DNA of 64,000 bases from positions 361,713 to 425,712 of the forward strand of contig NW_018406560.1 in NCBI RefSeq assembly GCF_002113885.1, in the 5' to 3' direction. The notes under the pieces are model-generated. The model did no database searches. It was not told the DNA's origin and was given only the letters and a program-made list of their open reading frames with translations. Below are positions 1 through 12,689 of this stretch, one piece after another. Each line of letters starts with the position of its first letter. Within the stretch, counting starts at the first letter, position 1. The translations under genes were made by a program, and so were the position numbers. The DNA is from Mizuhopecten yessoensis (lineage: Eukaryota).

Positions 1-262
1 AGAGTGTTTTCAGTCCCAGTCAGCTGTTGTGTTTAGAGTTTCTTCAGTCCCAGTCAGCCATTGTCATGTGTTTAGAGTGTTTTCAGTCCCAGTCAGCCAT
101 TGTCATGTGTTTAGAGTGTTTTCAGTCCCAGTCAGCTATTTTGTTTAGAGTGTTTTCAGTCCCAGTCAGCTATTGTGTTTAGGGTGTTTTCAGTCCCAGT
201 CAACCATCGTGATTAGAGTGTTTTCAGTCCCAGTCAGCCATTGTGTTGAGAGTGTATTCAGT
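1..262. repeat. Minisatellite, ~34-bp unit (AGAGTGTTTTCAGTCCCAGTCAGCCATTGTGTTT), truncated by window start
   Basis: About 7 tandem copies visible directly. Confidence 0.9.
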
Positions 263-752
263 TCCATTTACAGCTGTCAATATGTTGAGTTTTAGCATTT
301 AATATTGGCAGGAATTACTACATACACACTTAGTCAGTTAAAGTTTTTAATACTTTTCTACCACCAGATAATATATATAACTTATAGACATTTAAATCAC
401 GGATTACAAATACTGAATTTGCTGTCAATATCCTACCTACCACAAGCATACAACAAGCAAACATTATCAATATTTTCCATCAAAGAAACAAACACACCTC
501 CTGTTATCATTGCTCATTTTGATGTGTTTATTGCATGCAGTTATGAAAAGACAAGCACATGCATGAGACACTCTAGGAACTGGTGGGAGCCCTGGTTCAA
601 GCTTGTTAGTGTTGTCCTTCCCTTTCTCTCATCATTCCATGTGTTCTTCATCAATTTTTGTGTTGTCTCCTTGTCATTTGGGAGTTAGCTCCCCTTGTGG
701 TGGTCATTTACACAGCCAATCACATAGAAGATTATGTTATATATAGAAGTCT

Positions 753-843
753 TTAATCCTTTCACCACTGAAGACCATAATGAACTCATCCAGATCAAAG
801 CATGAACGTGTTTACTAAAGGTACATAGGGGTGAAAGGGTTAG
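753..843. mobile_element. TTAA-flanked piggyBac-type MITE, family A (degenerate copy)
   Basis: TTAA-TCCTTTCACC...GGTGAAAGGG-TTAG; matches five other copies in the window. Confidence 0.8.
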
Positions 844-1309
844 AATGTGTTGGTACTGTAATATGTGCCTGATTCCTGATGAGAGTCTTTGACTAGCACC
901 CTAGAATAGAGGAAGTTAGTGTCAGGCCATAAGTTATCATATCATATTTTCAGGGGCACAACCAGTCATGTGGACACATACAGATGTTCAAACATCTATC
1001 AATTATCCTAGTAATTCCGTGTCTTTTATAGAAAACTGAAATGTAAAATTTTGAAGAAAATTCAATTAGCCATGTTCACTGTTCTATATATATATATGAA
1101 GGTTTTGTGACTAACATGAAGGTCATAGGCCATTGTGAAGGTCAAATATGAATAAAATTTGTAATATAGATCATTGATCAATCTTCGTTGATTGAGTGTG
1201 GTGACTATGTGACCTTAATCATTATCGGTATCCTAAGAAGCTCAGACAATATATCAAGCTGTTTGTTATTTAATACTATTTTACAAACACTTTGTTCTGT
1301 TTGTTTCAG

Positions 1310-1619
1310 AATTCTCACGAAAAGACATCAAAATCTAACAACTCTGAAAACAAAAAAGTCTCTATAAAATGCTCACCTTGGAAACATGGTTTTGTCCATT
1401 TCTTAAGAAAAAAAAGGCAAGGTCAAGGTTACAGAGCTGGTAGTCATAACAACAATGACTCAATTAACTCTAACTATCACTCGTCCAACTCGGGGACGAC
1501 TAACACACGGAACGGCCACACCCGCACCTCATACAGCAAACCTCTTCTCACCGCCCAGGAGGAAAACAGTGCAGATATGGAAACGCAGTTCAACTCCTCT
1601 CCTCTTCCCACATTTTCTG
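1310..1619 (+). CDS. Internal exon of an unidentified gene (Ser/Asn/Thr-rich, probably disordered region); gene begins upstream of the window
   Basis: tgtttgtttcag acceptor, open frame NSHEKTSKSNN...SSPLPTFS, G|gtgagt donor (phase 1), compatible with the exons at 5218 and 5314. Confidence 0.65.
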
Positions 1620-1627
1620 GTGAGTAT

Positions 1628-2215
1628 CCTTGGTAATGGTCATGTGACATGTCTCCTTGGTAATGGTCATGTGACATGTCTCCATGGTAATGGTCATATG
1701 ACATGTCTCCGTGGAAACAGTCATGTTGCATGTCTCCGTGGTAATGGTCATGTGACATGTGTCCTTGGTAATGGTTCTATGAAATGTCTCCTTGGTAATG
1801 GTCATGTGACATGTCTCTTTGGTAATGGTCATATGACATGTCTCCGTGGAAACAGTCATGTTGCATGTTTCCGTGGTAACGGTCATGTGACATGTGTCCT
1901 TGGTAATGGTTTTATGAAATGTCTCCTTGGTAATGGTCATGTGACATGTCTTCTTGGTAATGGTCATGTGACATGTCTCCAAGGAAACAGTCATGTTGCA
2001 TGTCTCTGTGGTAATGGTCATGTGACATGTCTCCAAGGAAACAGTCATGTTGCATGTCTCCATGGTAATGGTCGTGTGACATATCTCTGTGGTAAAGGTC
2101 ATGTGACATGTCTCTATGGTAATGGTCATGTGACATGTCTCCTTGCTACGTCATGTTGCATGTCTTTGTGGTAACGGTAATGTAAAATGTCTCCATGGAA
2201 TAATCATGTGACATG
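1628..2215. repeat. Minisatellite, 27-bp unit (CCTTGGTAATGGTCATGTGACATGTCT)
   Basis: About 21 copies starting 8 nt after the exon donor; source of the GNGHVTCLL repeat ORFs. Confidence 0.95.
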
Positions 2216-2519
2216 TCTACTAGGTACGATGTACAAGTATGAATCAAGATTTTTTATTTTCTTCTTTTGCCAAAAACATTGTAAAAAAATACCTAGTGAA
2301 AAAAACACCAGTTTTATTATAGGTTGTTAGATGGGAGAGAGTGGAATTGCAAACACATACTTGATATGCAGAACAAAACCTTTGGTTATAAAAGAGATCT
2401 TTATATATATATGAGTATAGAGGAGAGGGAATACTCAGGCTCAATTTTCATTTGTCAACAGTTTTAGAATTCAAGTTTTTTTTTATAGTTTCAGATCTCA
2501 GATCAGACTTCATTTTCAA

Positions 2520-3156
2520 ACCTCATGTCTGATTTCAGTTACAGATCCTAGGTCTGATTTCAGTTACAGACCTCAGGTCTGATTTCAGCTACAGATCTCA
2601 GGTCTGATTTCAGCTACAGACCTCAGGTCTGATTTCAGTTACAGATCTCAGGTCCGATTTCAGCTACAGATCTCAGGTCTGATTTCAGCTACAGACCTCA
2701 GGTCTGATTCCAGTTACAGACCTCAGGTCTGATTTCAGTTACAGACCTCAGGTCTGATTTCAGTTACAGACCTCAGGTCTGATTTCAGTTACAGACCTCA
2801 GGTCTGATTTCAGTTACAGACCTCAGGTCTGATTTCAGTTATAGATCTCAGGTCTGATTTCAGTTACAGACCGCAGGTCTGATTTCAGTTACAGATCTCA
2901 GGTCTGATTTCAGCTACAGATCTCAGGTCTGATTTCAGCTACAGACCTCAGGTCTGATTCCAGTTACAGATCTCAGGTCTGATTTCAGTTACAGACCTCA
3001 GGTCTGATTTCAGTTACAGATCTCAGGTCTGATTTCAGCTACAGACCTCAGGTCTGATTCCAGTTACAGATCTCAGGTCTGATTTCAGTTACAGATCTCA
3101 GGTCTGATTTCAGTTTCAGATCTTAGGTATGATTTCAGTTTCAGATCTTAGGTCTG
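2520..3156. repeat. Minisatellite, 25-bp unit (GGTCTGATTTCAGTTACAGACCTCA) with internal inverted repeat
   Basis: About 25 copies; GGTCTG/CAGACC arms. Confidence 0.95.
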
Positions 3157-4499
3157 GCTTTGTTGTAACCTACAATGATTTATATACATTTGTACTCTAA
3201 ATAATAATGTTTATACTGTACTATAAATTATCCCTTACATCTTTCGTGATGCATTTTATATTTATTCTGTTAGTTACAGAACTGTCTTGACTATAATTAA
3301 TTTTCATATAGGTAAAACCTGCAGGTATTGATTGTTATGACAAGAGGAAACAGCGTAATTTTCTCACACAAACTAATGACGTGACAATCAGTACCTGCTC
3401 ACAAGAGAAGATAACTCTGCAATACGAAAAGACAGAATAGTTGAGGCTTCATCAGAACAGTTTTACAATAGTTTAGACACTTAACATACTTTTTTAGGGG
3501 TTCACATTTATCTTGTGATGTAATGGACTGTGAATGAGCTCAAGCCAAGGGCAGATAAACAACAGTTAACAATAGATCATTATGACGTCACAGATATTAT
3601 AACGTCATCAAGATTAGTGGTGTTGGTATATGTGTGATACATCGCTGATATGATTTATATTAAATATAACTGTGTATGTACTACATCGTTGATATAACTT
3701 TTAATTAAAGGCTTTACATTTCAAGGCTGATGTAAGTACATGTGGTAGAATGTAAGTGGTAAATCATTTATAAAGAACACAAGTCAATAACCAGACCTTA
3801 GTCAATCTCAGATATTCATTCTGAACCCAACAAAAACATTAAGGAAGACGACTAAATATAATGATAAATGCAAATCATTGATTCGAAAGATTGTCTCGTC
3901 ACATTGATCCGGGTCTGTTTATTTTCTATGTCAAGGTCATACACAAACTATTTATTTTTTTAATCATATTTGTTGCTTACACACTAAGTTGCATATTTAT
4001 TTTGTTTCTTGTGGCTTTGCCATTGCAAGGTTAGAGGTCATGCTGGTGCTGTTAAACCTTATGATTTATTTTCCCCCTGTTTACATGCTGAGCTTTNAAC
4101 ACCACCACCCCTCCCTCCCTCCCCCACCCTACACAAAAATCTGTCCAAGACAATAATGAAAAAAAATAATGCTTTATATCACAATAGCATTCACCTCCTC
4201 TTCCAAGACAAAAATGACTTAAATATATTGGAGACCTTTGACACATCAACTGATTGTTGGATGAAGTTACCGATAACAAATTGTAGCAGAAATGAACAGA
4301 ATCAAACCCAGGGGACAATTAGCTTAAATGTTAGATCATTTATCTAAAATGTTGGGAGTTAGATCATTTATCTAAAATTTTGGGAGTACCATACAAATGT
4401 GCTTAGTTTGTACACTCTAATGTAAAACTCTCAAGTAAAAATTTCAAGCTGACATTGCTTTAAAAGATAATCTGCTGTATTTTACACATATAATTCACC

Positions 4500-4985
4500 T
4501 TTAGTACCTCATATATTCCTTGTCTGTCCTTCGTACCTCATACATTCCTTGTCTGTCCATAGTACCTCATACATTCCTTGTCTGTCCATAGTACCTCATA
4601 CATCGCCTGTCTGTCCTTAGTACCTCATATATTCTTTGTCTGTCCAAAGTTTTTCATACATTCCTTGTCTGTCCATAGTACTTCATACATTCCTTGTCTG
4701 ACTTTAGTACCTCATACATTTCTTGTCTGTCCTTAGTACCTCATATATTCCTTGTCTGTCCATAGTACCTCATACATTTCTTTTCTGTCCTTAGTACCTC
4801 ATATATTCCTTGTTTGTCCATAGTACCTCATACATTCCTTGTCTGTCCTTAGTACTTCATACATTTCTTGTCTGTCCATAGTACCTCATACATTCCTTGT
4901 CTGTCCATAGTACCTCATACATCACCTGTCTGTCCTTAGTACCTCACACATCACCTGTCTGTCCTTAGTACCTCATACATTTCTC
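4500..4985. repeat. Minisatellite, 29-bp unit (TAGTACCTCATACATTCCTTGTCTGTCCA)
   Basis: About 16 copies. Confidence 0.95.
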
Positions 4986-5217
4986 ATAGTCTGCTTATAG
5001 TTGAACTCAAGGCAAACTTTCAGGGATTAAGTAGGCTGTTTTTCCTTTTAAAGAATGAAACGATCATTTAATGTATCAAAGGTCCCAGACAGTCCAGACA
5101 GTATTCAGAAAACTATGATACTGATCATTAGTTTATGAAAACTTTCCCTAAGTAAAACTAATTACCAAAGTTTAGATCTGGATTCAGTTGTCATCTGATT
5201 GACTCTTCATGTGACAG

Positions 5218-5241
5218 ACTTCAAATTGACCCCACACAAAG
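5218..5241 (+). CDS. Candidate 24-nt phase-1/phase-1 microexon (DFKLTPHK) of the unidentified gene
   Basis: gtgacag|ACTTC...CAAAG|gtaacc; frame-preserving; 72-nt intron to the next exon. Confidence 0.4.
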
Positions 5242-5313
5242 GTAACCCCCAAAGCACCAGTTGACCTGTGACCTGTGAGTGAGTAGAGCTTAGCACCGCC
5301 CCCTCTGTTACAG

Positions 5314-5486
5314 ATGCATTAGAAGTGCGCTCGTCCCCTGTACCAGGGCACACCCCCACCCCCAGCACCACTAAAGTGTTTGACTTCACGGTGATCACAT
5401 CGGAGTCGCCCCAGGCCAAGTCCTGCCTGCTGAGCTGGCGAGGCTGTCGTGAGTGTTTCTCTGACGACCAGCTGTCCGAGGACGGG
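5314..5486 (+). CDS. Internal exon of the unidentified gene (DALEVRSSPVPG...KSCLLSWRGCRECFSDDQLSEDG)
   Basis: ctctgttacag acceptor in phase 1, GC-rich open frame, GGG|gtaggt donor in phase 0 matching the terminal exon. Confidence 0.7.
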
Positions 5487-5699
5487 GTAGGTTGTGATGG
5501 TTGCTAAAGTCACCAGGATGACACAATGTCCTAGCAAACTCCAAGCATGTTAACAATTCCCTGAAGATGTGGAGTGTCAGGTCCTAGCCACATGGATCGG
5601 GACAGGAATGTTGGAAGCCTGGGTTCACACAGTCTCAATACCAGAGACAAAACATCGAATTGAAGAATTATTGTTCATCTCAATTTTTTGGCATTTAAT

Positions 5700-8600
5700 C
5701 AGGATCCCAGTGATAGTCCTGGTGTTTGTGTACCCAGACTTCCAGTGACAGTCTGGGTGGTTGTGTACCCAGACTTCCAGTAATATTCCTGGTGGTTGTG
5801 TACCCAGACTCCCAATGATTGTCCTGGTGGTTGTGTACCAAGACTTCCAGTAATATTCCTGGTGGTTGTGTACCCAGACTCCGGGTGATAGTCCTGGTGG
5901 TTGTGTATCAAGACTTCCAGTAATATTCCAGGTGGTTGTGTACCCAGACTCCCAGTGATAGTCCTGGAGGTTGTGTACCCAGACTCCCAGTGATAGTCCT
6001 GGTTGCTGGGAACCCAGACTCCCCATGATAGTCCTGGTGGTTGTGTACCCAGACCTGCAGTGATAATCCAGGTGGTTGTGTAGCCAGACTTCCAGTGATA
6101 GTCCTGGTGGCTGTGTACCCAGACTCCCAGTGATAGTTCTGGTGGTTGTGTACATGGACTCCCAGTGATAGTCCTGGTTGTTGTGTACCAAGACATCCAG
6201 TAATAGTCCTGGTGGTTGTGTACCCAGACTCCCAGTGATAGTCCTGGTGGTTGTGTACCCAGAACTCCAGTGATAGTCCTGGTGGTTGTGTACTCAGACT
6301 ACCATTGATAGGCCTGGTGGTTTATGTACCCATACTTTCAGTGATAGTCCTGGAAGTTGTGTACCAAGACATCCAGTAATAGTCCTGGTGGCTGTGTACC
6401 AAGACCTCCAGTGATAGTCCTGGTGGTTGTGTACCCAATCTCCCAGTGATAGTCCTGGTGACTGTGTACCCATACTCCCAGTGATAGTCCTGGTGGTTGT
6501 ATACCCAGACTCCCAGTGATAGTACTGGTAGTTGTGTACCCAGACCTCCAGTGATAATCTGGTAGGTTGTGTACCCAGACTCCCAGTGATAGTCCTGGTT
6601 GTTATGTACCCAGACCTCCAGTGATAATCCGGGTGGTTGTGTACCCAGACTCCCAGTGATAGTCCTGGTGGTTGTGTACCCAGACTCCCAGTAATAGTCC
6701 TGGTGGCTGTGTACCCAGACTCCCAGTGATAGTCCTGGTGGCTGTGTACCCAGACTCCCAGTGATAGTCCTGGTGGCTGTGTACCAAGACTCCCAGTGAT
6801 AGTCCTGGTGGCTGTGTACCCAGACTCCCAGTGATAGTACTGGTAGTTGTGCACCCAGACTTCTAGTGATAGTCCTGGTGGTTGTGTACCCAGACTCCCA
6901 GTGATAGCACTGGTGGCTGTGTACCCAGACTTCCAGTGATAGTCCTGGTGGTTGTGTACCCAGACCTCCAGTGATAGTCCTGGTGGTTGTGTACCCAGAC
7001 TCCCCGTAATAGTCCTTGTGGCTGTGTACCCAGGCTTCCAGTGATAGTACTGGTAGTTGTGTACAAAACTGTCAGTGATAGTCCTGGTGGTTGTGTACCC
7101 AGACTCCCAGTGATAGTCCTGGTGGTTGTGTACCCAGACCTGCATTGATAATCCGGGTGGTTGTGTACCAAGACTTTCAGTGATAGTCCTGGTGGTTGTG
7201 TACACGGATAGTCCTGGTGGTTGTGTACCCAATCTCCCAGTGAGAGTCCTGGTGGCTGTGTACCCAGACTTCCAGTGATAATCCTTTTGGCTTTGTACCC
7301 AGACTTCCAGTGATAGGCCTGGTGGTTGTGTTCCCAGAATTCCATTGATAGTCCTGGTGGCTGTGTACACAGACTTCCAGTGATAGTACTGGTGGCTTTG
7401 TACCCAGTCTCCCCGTGATAGTACTGGTAGTTGTGTACCTAGTCCTGGTGGTTGTGTACCCAATCTCCCAGTGAGAGTCCTGGTGGCTGTGTACCCAGCC
7501 TACCAGTGATAGTCCGGGTGGTTGTGTACCCAGTCTCCCAGGGATAGTCCTGGTGGCTGTGTAACCAGATTCCCAGAGATAGTTCTGGTGGCTGTGTACC
7601 CAGCTTCCCAGTAGACTCCCAGTGATAGTCCTGGTGGTTGAGTGCCCAGACTTCCAGTGATAGTCCTGGTGACTGTGTACCCAGACTCCCAAAATTGTCC
7701 TGGTGGTTGTGTACCCAGACATCCAGTGATAGTCCTGGTGACTGTGTACCCAGACTCCTAAAATTGTCCTGGTGGTTGTGTACCCAGATCCCTAGTGATA
7801 GTCCTGGTGGTTGTGTACCAAGACTCCCAGTGATAGTACTGGTAGTTGTGCACCCAGACTTCTAGTGATAGTCCTGGTGACTGTGTACCCAGACTCCTAA
7901 AATTGTCCTGGTGGTTGTGTACCCAGACCTCCAGTGATAGTTCTGGTGGTTGTGTACCCAGACTCCCATTGATAGTCCTGGTGGCAGTGTACCCAGACTT
8001 CCAGTGATAGGCCTGGTGGTTGTGTTCCCAGAATTCCATTGATAGTCCTGGTGGCTGTGTACACAGACTTCCAGTGATAGTACTGGTAGTCCTGGTTGCT
8101 GGGTGCCCAGACTCCCCATGATAGTCCTGGTGGTTGTGTACACGGATTCCCAGTGATAATCCTGGTTGTTGTGTACCATAGACATCCAGTGATAGTCCTG
8201 GTGGTTGTGTACCCAGACCTCCAGTGATAATCCGGGTGGTTGTGTACCCAGACTCCCATTGATAGTCCTGGTGGCTGTGTACTTAGACTTCCAGTGATAG
8301 TCCTGGTCACTGTGTCCCCAGACTCACAATGGTACCCAGACCTCCAGTGATAATCCAGGTGGTTGTGTAGCCAGACTTCCAGTGATAGTACTGGTAGTCC
8401 TGGTTGCTGGGTGCCCAGACTCCCCATGATAGTCCTGGTGGTTGTGTACCAAGACTCCCAGTGATAGTCCTGGTGGCTGTGTCCCCAGACTTCCAGTGAT
8501 AGTACTAGTGGCTTTGTACCCAGTCTCCCAGAGACCTGCATTGATAATCCGGGTGGTTGAGTACCAAGACTTTCAGTGATAGTCCTGGTGGCTGTGTACT

Positions 8601-11600
8601 TAGACTTCCAGTGATAGTCCTGGTGGTTGGGTACCCAGACCTGCATTGATAATCCGGGTGGTTGAGTACCAAGACTTTCAGTGATAGTCCTGCTGGTTGT
8701 GTACACGGATTCCCAGTGATAATCCTGGTTGTTGTGTACCATAGACATCCAGTGATAGTCCTGGTGACTGTGTACCCAGACTCCCAATGCTTGTCCTTGT
8801 GGTTGTGTACCCAGACTCCCAGTGATAGTCATGGTGGTTGTGTACCCAGTCTCCCAGTGATAGTCCTGGTGGCTGTGTAACCAGATTCCCAGTGATAGTT
8901 CTGGTGGCTGTGTACCCAGATTCCCAGTGATAATCCGGGTGGTTGTGTACCCAGACTCCCAGTGATAGTCCTGGTTGATGTGTACCCAGACCTCCAGTGA
9001 CAGTCCAGATGGTTGTGTACCCAGACTTCTTGTGATAGTCCTGGTGGCTGTGTCTACATACCTCCAGAGACAGTCCGGGTGGTTGTGTACCCAGACTTCC
9101 AGTGATAGTCCTGATGGTTGTGTACCCAGTCTCCCTGTGATAGTCCTGATGGTTGTGTACCCAGACTCCCAGTGATAGTCCTGGTGGTTGTGTACCCAGT
9201 CTCCCAGTGATAGTCCTGGTGGTTGTGTACCCAGATTCCCAGTGATAGTTCTGGTGGCTGTGTACCCAGACTTCCAGTGCTAGTCCTGGTGTTTGTGTAC
9301 CCAGACTTCCAGTGATAATCCTTTTGGCTTTGTACCCAGACTTCCAGTGATAGTCCTGGTGACTGTGTACCCAGACTCCCAATGATTGTCCTTGTGGTTG
9401 TGTACCCAGACTCCCAGTGATAGTCCTGGTGACTGTGTACCCAGACTTCCAGTGATAGTACTGGTGGTTGTGTACCCAGGCCTGCAGTGATAATCTGGGT
9501 GGTTGTGTACACGGTTGTGTACTCAGACTTCCAGACATAGTCCTTGTGGTTGTGTAATCCGACACCCAGTGAGTGTCCTGATGGTTGTGTACCCTGACTT
9601 CAGGTGATAGTCCAACTGGTTGTGTACCCAGACTTCCAGTGATAGTCCTGGTGACTGTGTACCCAGACTCCCAAAATTGTCCTGGTGGTTGTGTACCCAG
9701 ATTTCCAGTGATAGTCATGGTGGTTGTGTACCCAGACTTCTAGTGATAGTCCTGGTGACTGTGTACCCAGACTCCCAGTGATAGGCCTGGTGGTTGTGTT
9801 CCCAGAATTCCATTGATAGTCCTGGTGGCTGTGTACCCAGACTTCCAGTGATAGTCCTGGTGGTTGTGTACCCAGACTTCCAGTGAAAGTCCTGGTTGTT
9901 GTGTACCCAGACTTCCAGTGATAGTCCTGGTGGCTTTGTACCCAGTCTCCCAGTGATAGTACTGGTAGTTGTGTATCCAGTCTCCCAGTGATAGGCCTGG
10001 TGGTTGTGTACCCATAGTCCCATTGAGAGTCCTGGTGGCTGTGTACCCAGACTTCCAGTGATAGTACTGGTGGCTTTGTACCCAGTCTCCCAGTGATAGT
10101 ACTGGTAGTTGTGTACCCAGTCTCCCAGTGATAGTCCTGGTGGTTGTGTACCCAGACTTCTAGTGATAGTCCTGGTGACTGTGTACCCAGACTCCCAGTG
10201 ATAGGCCTGGTGGTTGTGTACCCAGACTCCCATTGATAGTCCTGGTGGCTGTGTACCCAGACTTCCAGTGATAGTCCTGGTGGTTGTGTACCCAGACTTC
10301 CAGTGATAGTCCTGGTGGTTGTGTACCCAGACTTCCAGTGATAGTCCTGGTGGTTGTGTACCCAGACTTCCAGTGATAGTCCTGGTGGTTGTGTACCCAG
10401 ACTTCCAGTGATAGTCCTGGTGGTTGTGTACCCAGACTTCCAGTGATAGTCCTGGTGGTTGTGTACCCAGACTTCCAGTGATAGTCCTGGTGGTTGTGTA
10501 CCCAGACTTCCAGTGATAGTCCTGGTGGTTGTGTACCCAGACTTCCAGTGATAGTCCTGGTGGTTGTGTACCCAGACTTCCAGTGATAGTCCTGGTGGTT
10601 GTGTACCCAGACTTCCAGTGATAGTCCTGGTGGTTGTGTACCCAGACTTCCAGTGATAGTCCTGGTGGTTGTGTACCCAGACTTCCAGTGATAGTCCTGG
10701 TGGTTGTGTACCCAGACTTCCAGTGATAGTCCTGGTGGTTGTGTACCCAGACTTCCAGTGATAGTCCTGGTGGTTGTGTACCCAGACTTCCAGTGATAGT
10801 CCTGGTGGTTGTGTACCCAGACTTCCAGTGATAGTCCTGGTGGTTGTGTACCCAGACCCCCAGTGATAGTCCTGGTGGTTGTGTACCCAGACTTCCAGTG
10901 ATAGTCCTGGTGGTTGTGTACCCAGACCTCCAGTGATAGTCCTGGTGGTTGTGTACCCAGACTTCCAGTGATAGTCCTGGTGGTTGTGTACCCAGACCTC
11001 CAGTGATAGTCCTGGTGGTTGTGTACCCAGACTTCCAGTGATAGTCCTGGTGGTTGTGTACCCAGACCTCCAGTGATAGTCCTGGTGGTTGTGTACCCAG
11101 ACTTCCAGTGATAGTCCTGGTGGTTGTGTACCCAGACCTCCAGTGATAGTCCTGGTGGTTGTGTACCCAGACTTCCAGTGATAGTCCTGGTGGTTGTGTA
11201 CCCAGACCTCCAGTGATAGTCCTGGTGGTTGTGTACCCAGACTTCCAGTGATAGTCCTGGTGGTTGTGTACCCAGACCTCCAGTGATAGTCCTGGTGGTT
11301 GTGTACCCAGACTTCCAGTGATAGTCCTGGTGGTTGTGTACCCAGACCTCCAGTGATAGTCCTGGTGGTTGTGTACCCAGACTTCCAGTGATAGTCCTGG
11401 TGGTTGTGTACCCAGACCTCCAGTGATAGTCCTGGTGGTTGTGTACCCAGACTTCCAGTGATAGTCCTGGTGGTTGTGTACCCAGACCTCCAGTGATAGT
11501 CCTGGTGGTTGTGTACCCAGACTTCCAGTGATAGTCCTGGTGGTTGTGTACCCAGACCTCCAGTGATAGTCCTGGTGGTTGTGTACCCAGACTTCCAGTG

Positions 11601-12420
11601 ATAGTCCTGGTGGTTGTGTACCCAGACCTCCAGTGATAGTCCTGGTGGTTGTGTACCCAGACTTCCAGTGATAGTCCTGGTGGTTGTGTACCCAGACCTC
11701 CAGTGATAGTCCTGGTGGTTGTGTACCCAGACTTCCAGTGATAGTCCTGGTGGTTGTGTACCCAGACCTCCAGTGATAGTCCTGGTGGTTGTGTACCCAG
11801 ACTTCCAGTGATAGTCCTGGTGGTTGTGTACCCAGACCTCCAGTGATAGTCCTGGTGGTTGTGTACCCAGACTTCCAGTGATAGTCCTGGTGGTTGTGTA
11901 CCCAGACCTCCAGTGATAGTCCTGGTGGTTGTGTACCCAGACTTCCAGTGATAGTCCTGGTGGTTGTGTACCCAGACCTCCAGTGATAGTCCTGGTGGTT
12001 GTGTACCCAGACTTCCAGTGATAGTCCTGGTGGTTGTGTACCCAGACCTCCAGTGATAGTCCTGGTGGTTGTGTACCCAGACTTCCAGTGATAGTCCTGG
12101 TGGTTGTGTACCCAGACCTCCAGTGATAGTCCTGGTGGTTGTGTACCCAGACTTTCAGTGATAGTCCTGGTGGTTGTGTACCCAGACTCCCAGTGATAGT
12201 CCTCGTGGTTGTGTATCCAGACTTCCAGTGATAATCCTGGTGGTTGTGTACCCAGACTCCCAGTGATAATCCTGGTGGCTTTTTACCCAGACTTCCAGTG
12301 ATAGTCCTTGTGGCTTTGTACCCAGACTTCCAGTGATGATCCTTGTGGCTTTGTACCCAGACTTCCAGTGATAGTCCTGGTGGCTTTGTACTATGACATT
12401 CATTTTTAAATCCTGGTGGC
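5700..12420. repeat. Large intronic minisatellite, 35-bp unit (ACTTCCAGTGATAGTCCTGGTGGTTGTGTACCCAG), ~6.7 kb
   Basis: Degenerate flanks, near-perfect core ~10250-12150, alternating ACTTCC/ACCTCC 70-bp dimer from ~10890. Confidence 0.97.
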
Positions 12421-12689
12421 TGTCCCATATATACTGCTGGTCATTAATGAGGTCAATATGCTGCTGGCGTGAGTTTTGGCTTCCAACTGCTTTGGTTTTC
12501 CCGAATGGGTTTGTAGTCTTATAGAACACAGACCTTTACATATTGTGTTTGTTAACTTTGTTTGTTCTTTTTTAAGTAATTCAATATTATTCTCCACTCT
12601 TTATCATCTCCCCCGAGGAGGAATTAGGATAAGACTAACTTTTTGAAATATATTGTTTATATTCTAGTGTGTAAATATCCCCTTCTGGT

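Noticed and set aside
1455-2174. 239-aa Cys/His-rich (GNGHVTCLL)n ORF resembling a metal-binding protein
   Set aside because: 27-bp minisatellite in a different frame from the real exon, whose own frame stops at 1636.
2520-3156. CRISPR-like array (palindromic repeats; also considered for the 35-, 34- and 52-bp arrays)
   Set aside because: No unique spacers, no cas genes, eukaryotic intron context.
4009-4347. ORFs spanning position 4097
   Set aside because: They cross an N (assembly gap) and show no coding signature.
9600-12428. 942-aa ORF and neighbouring HNHQDYHW/GTQPPGLS ORFs on the - strand
   Set aside because: Translation of a 35-bp stop-free repeat cycling through all three frames; indels in the flanks are not multiples of 3; lies antisense in an intron.
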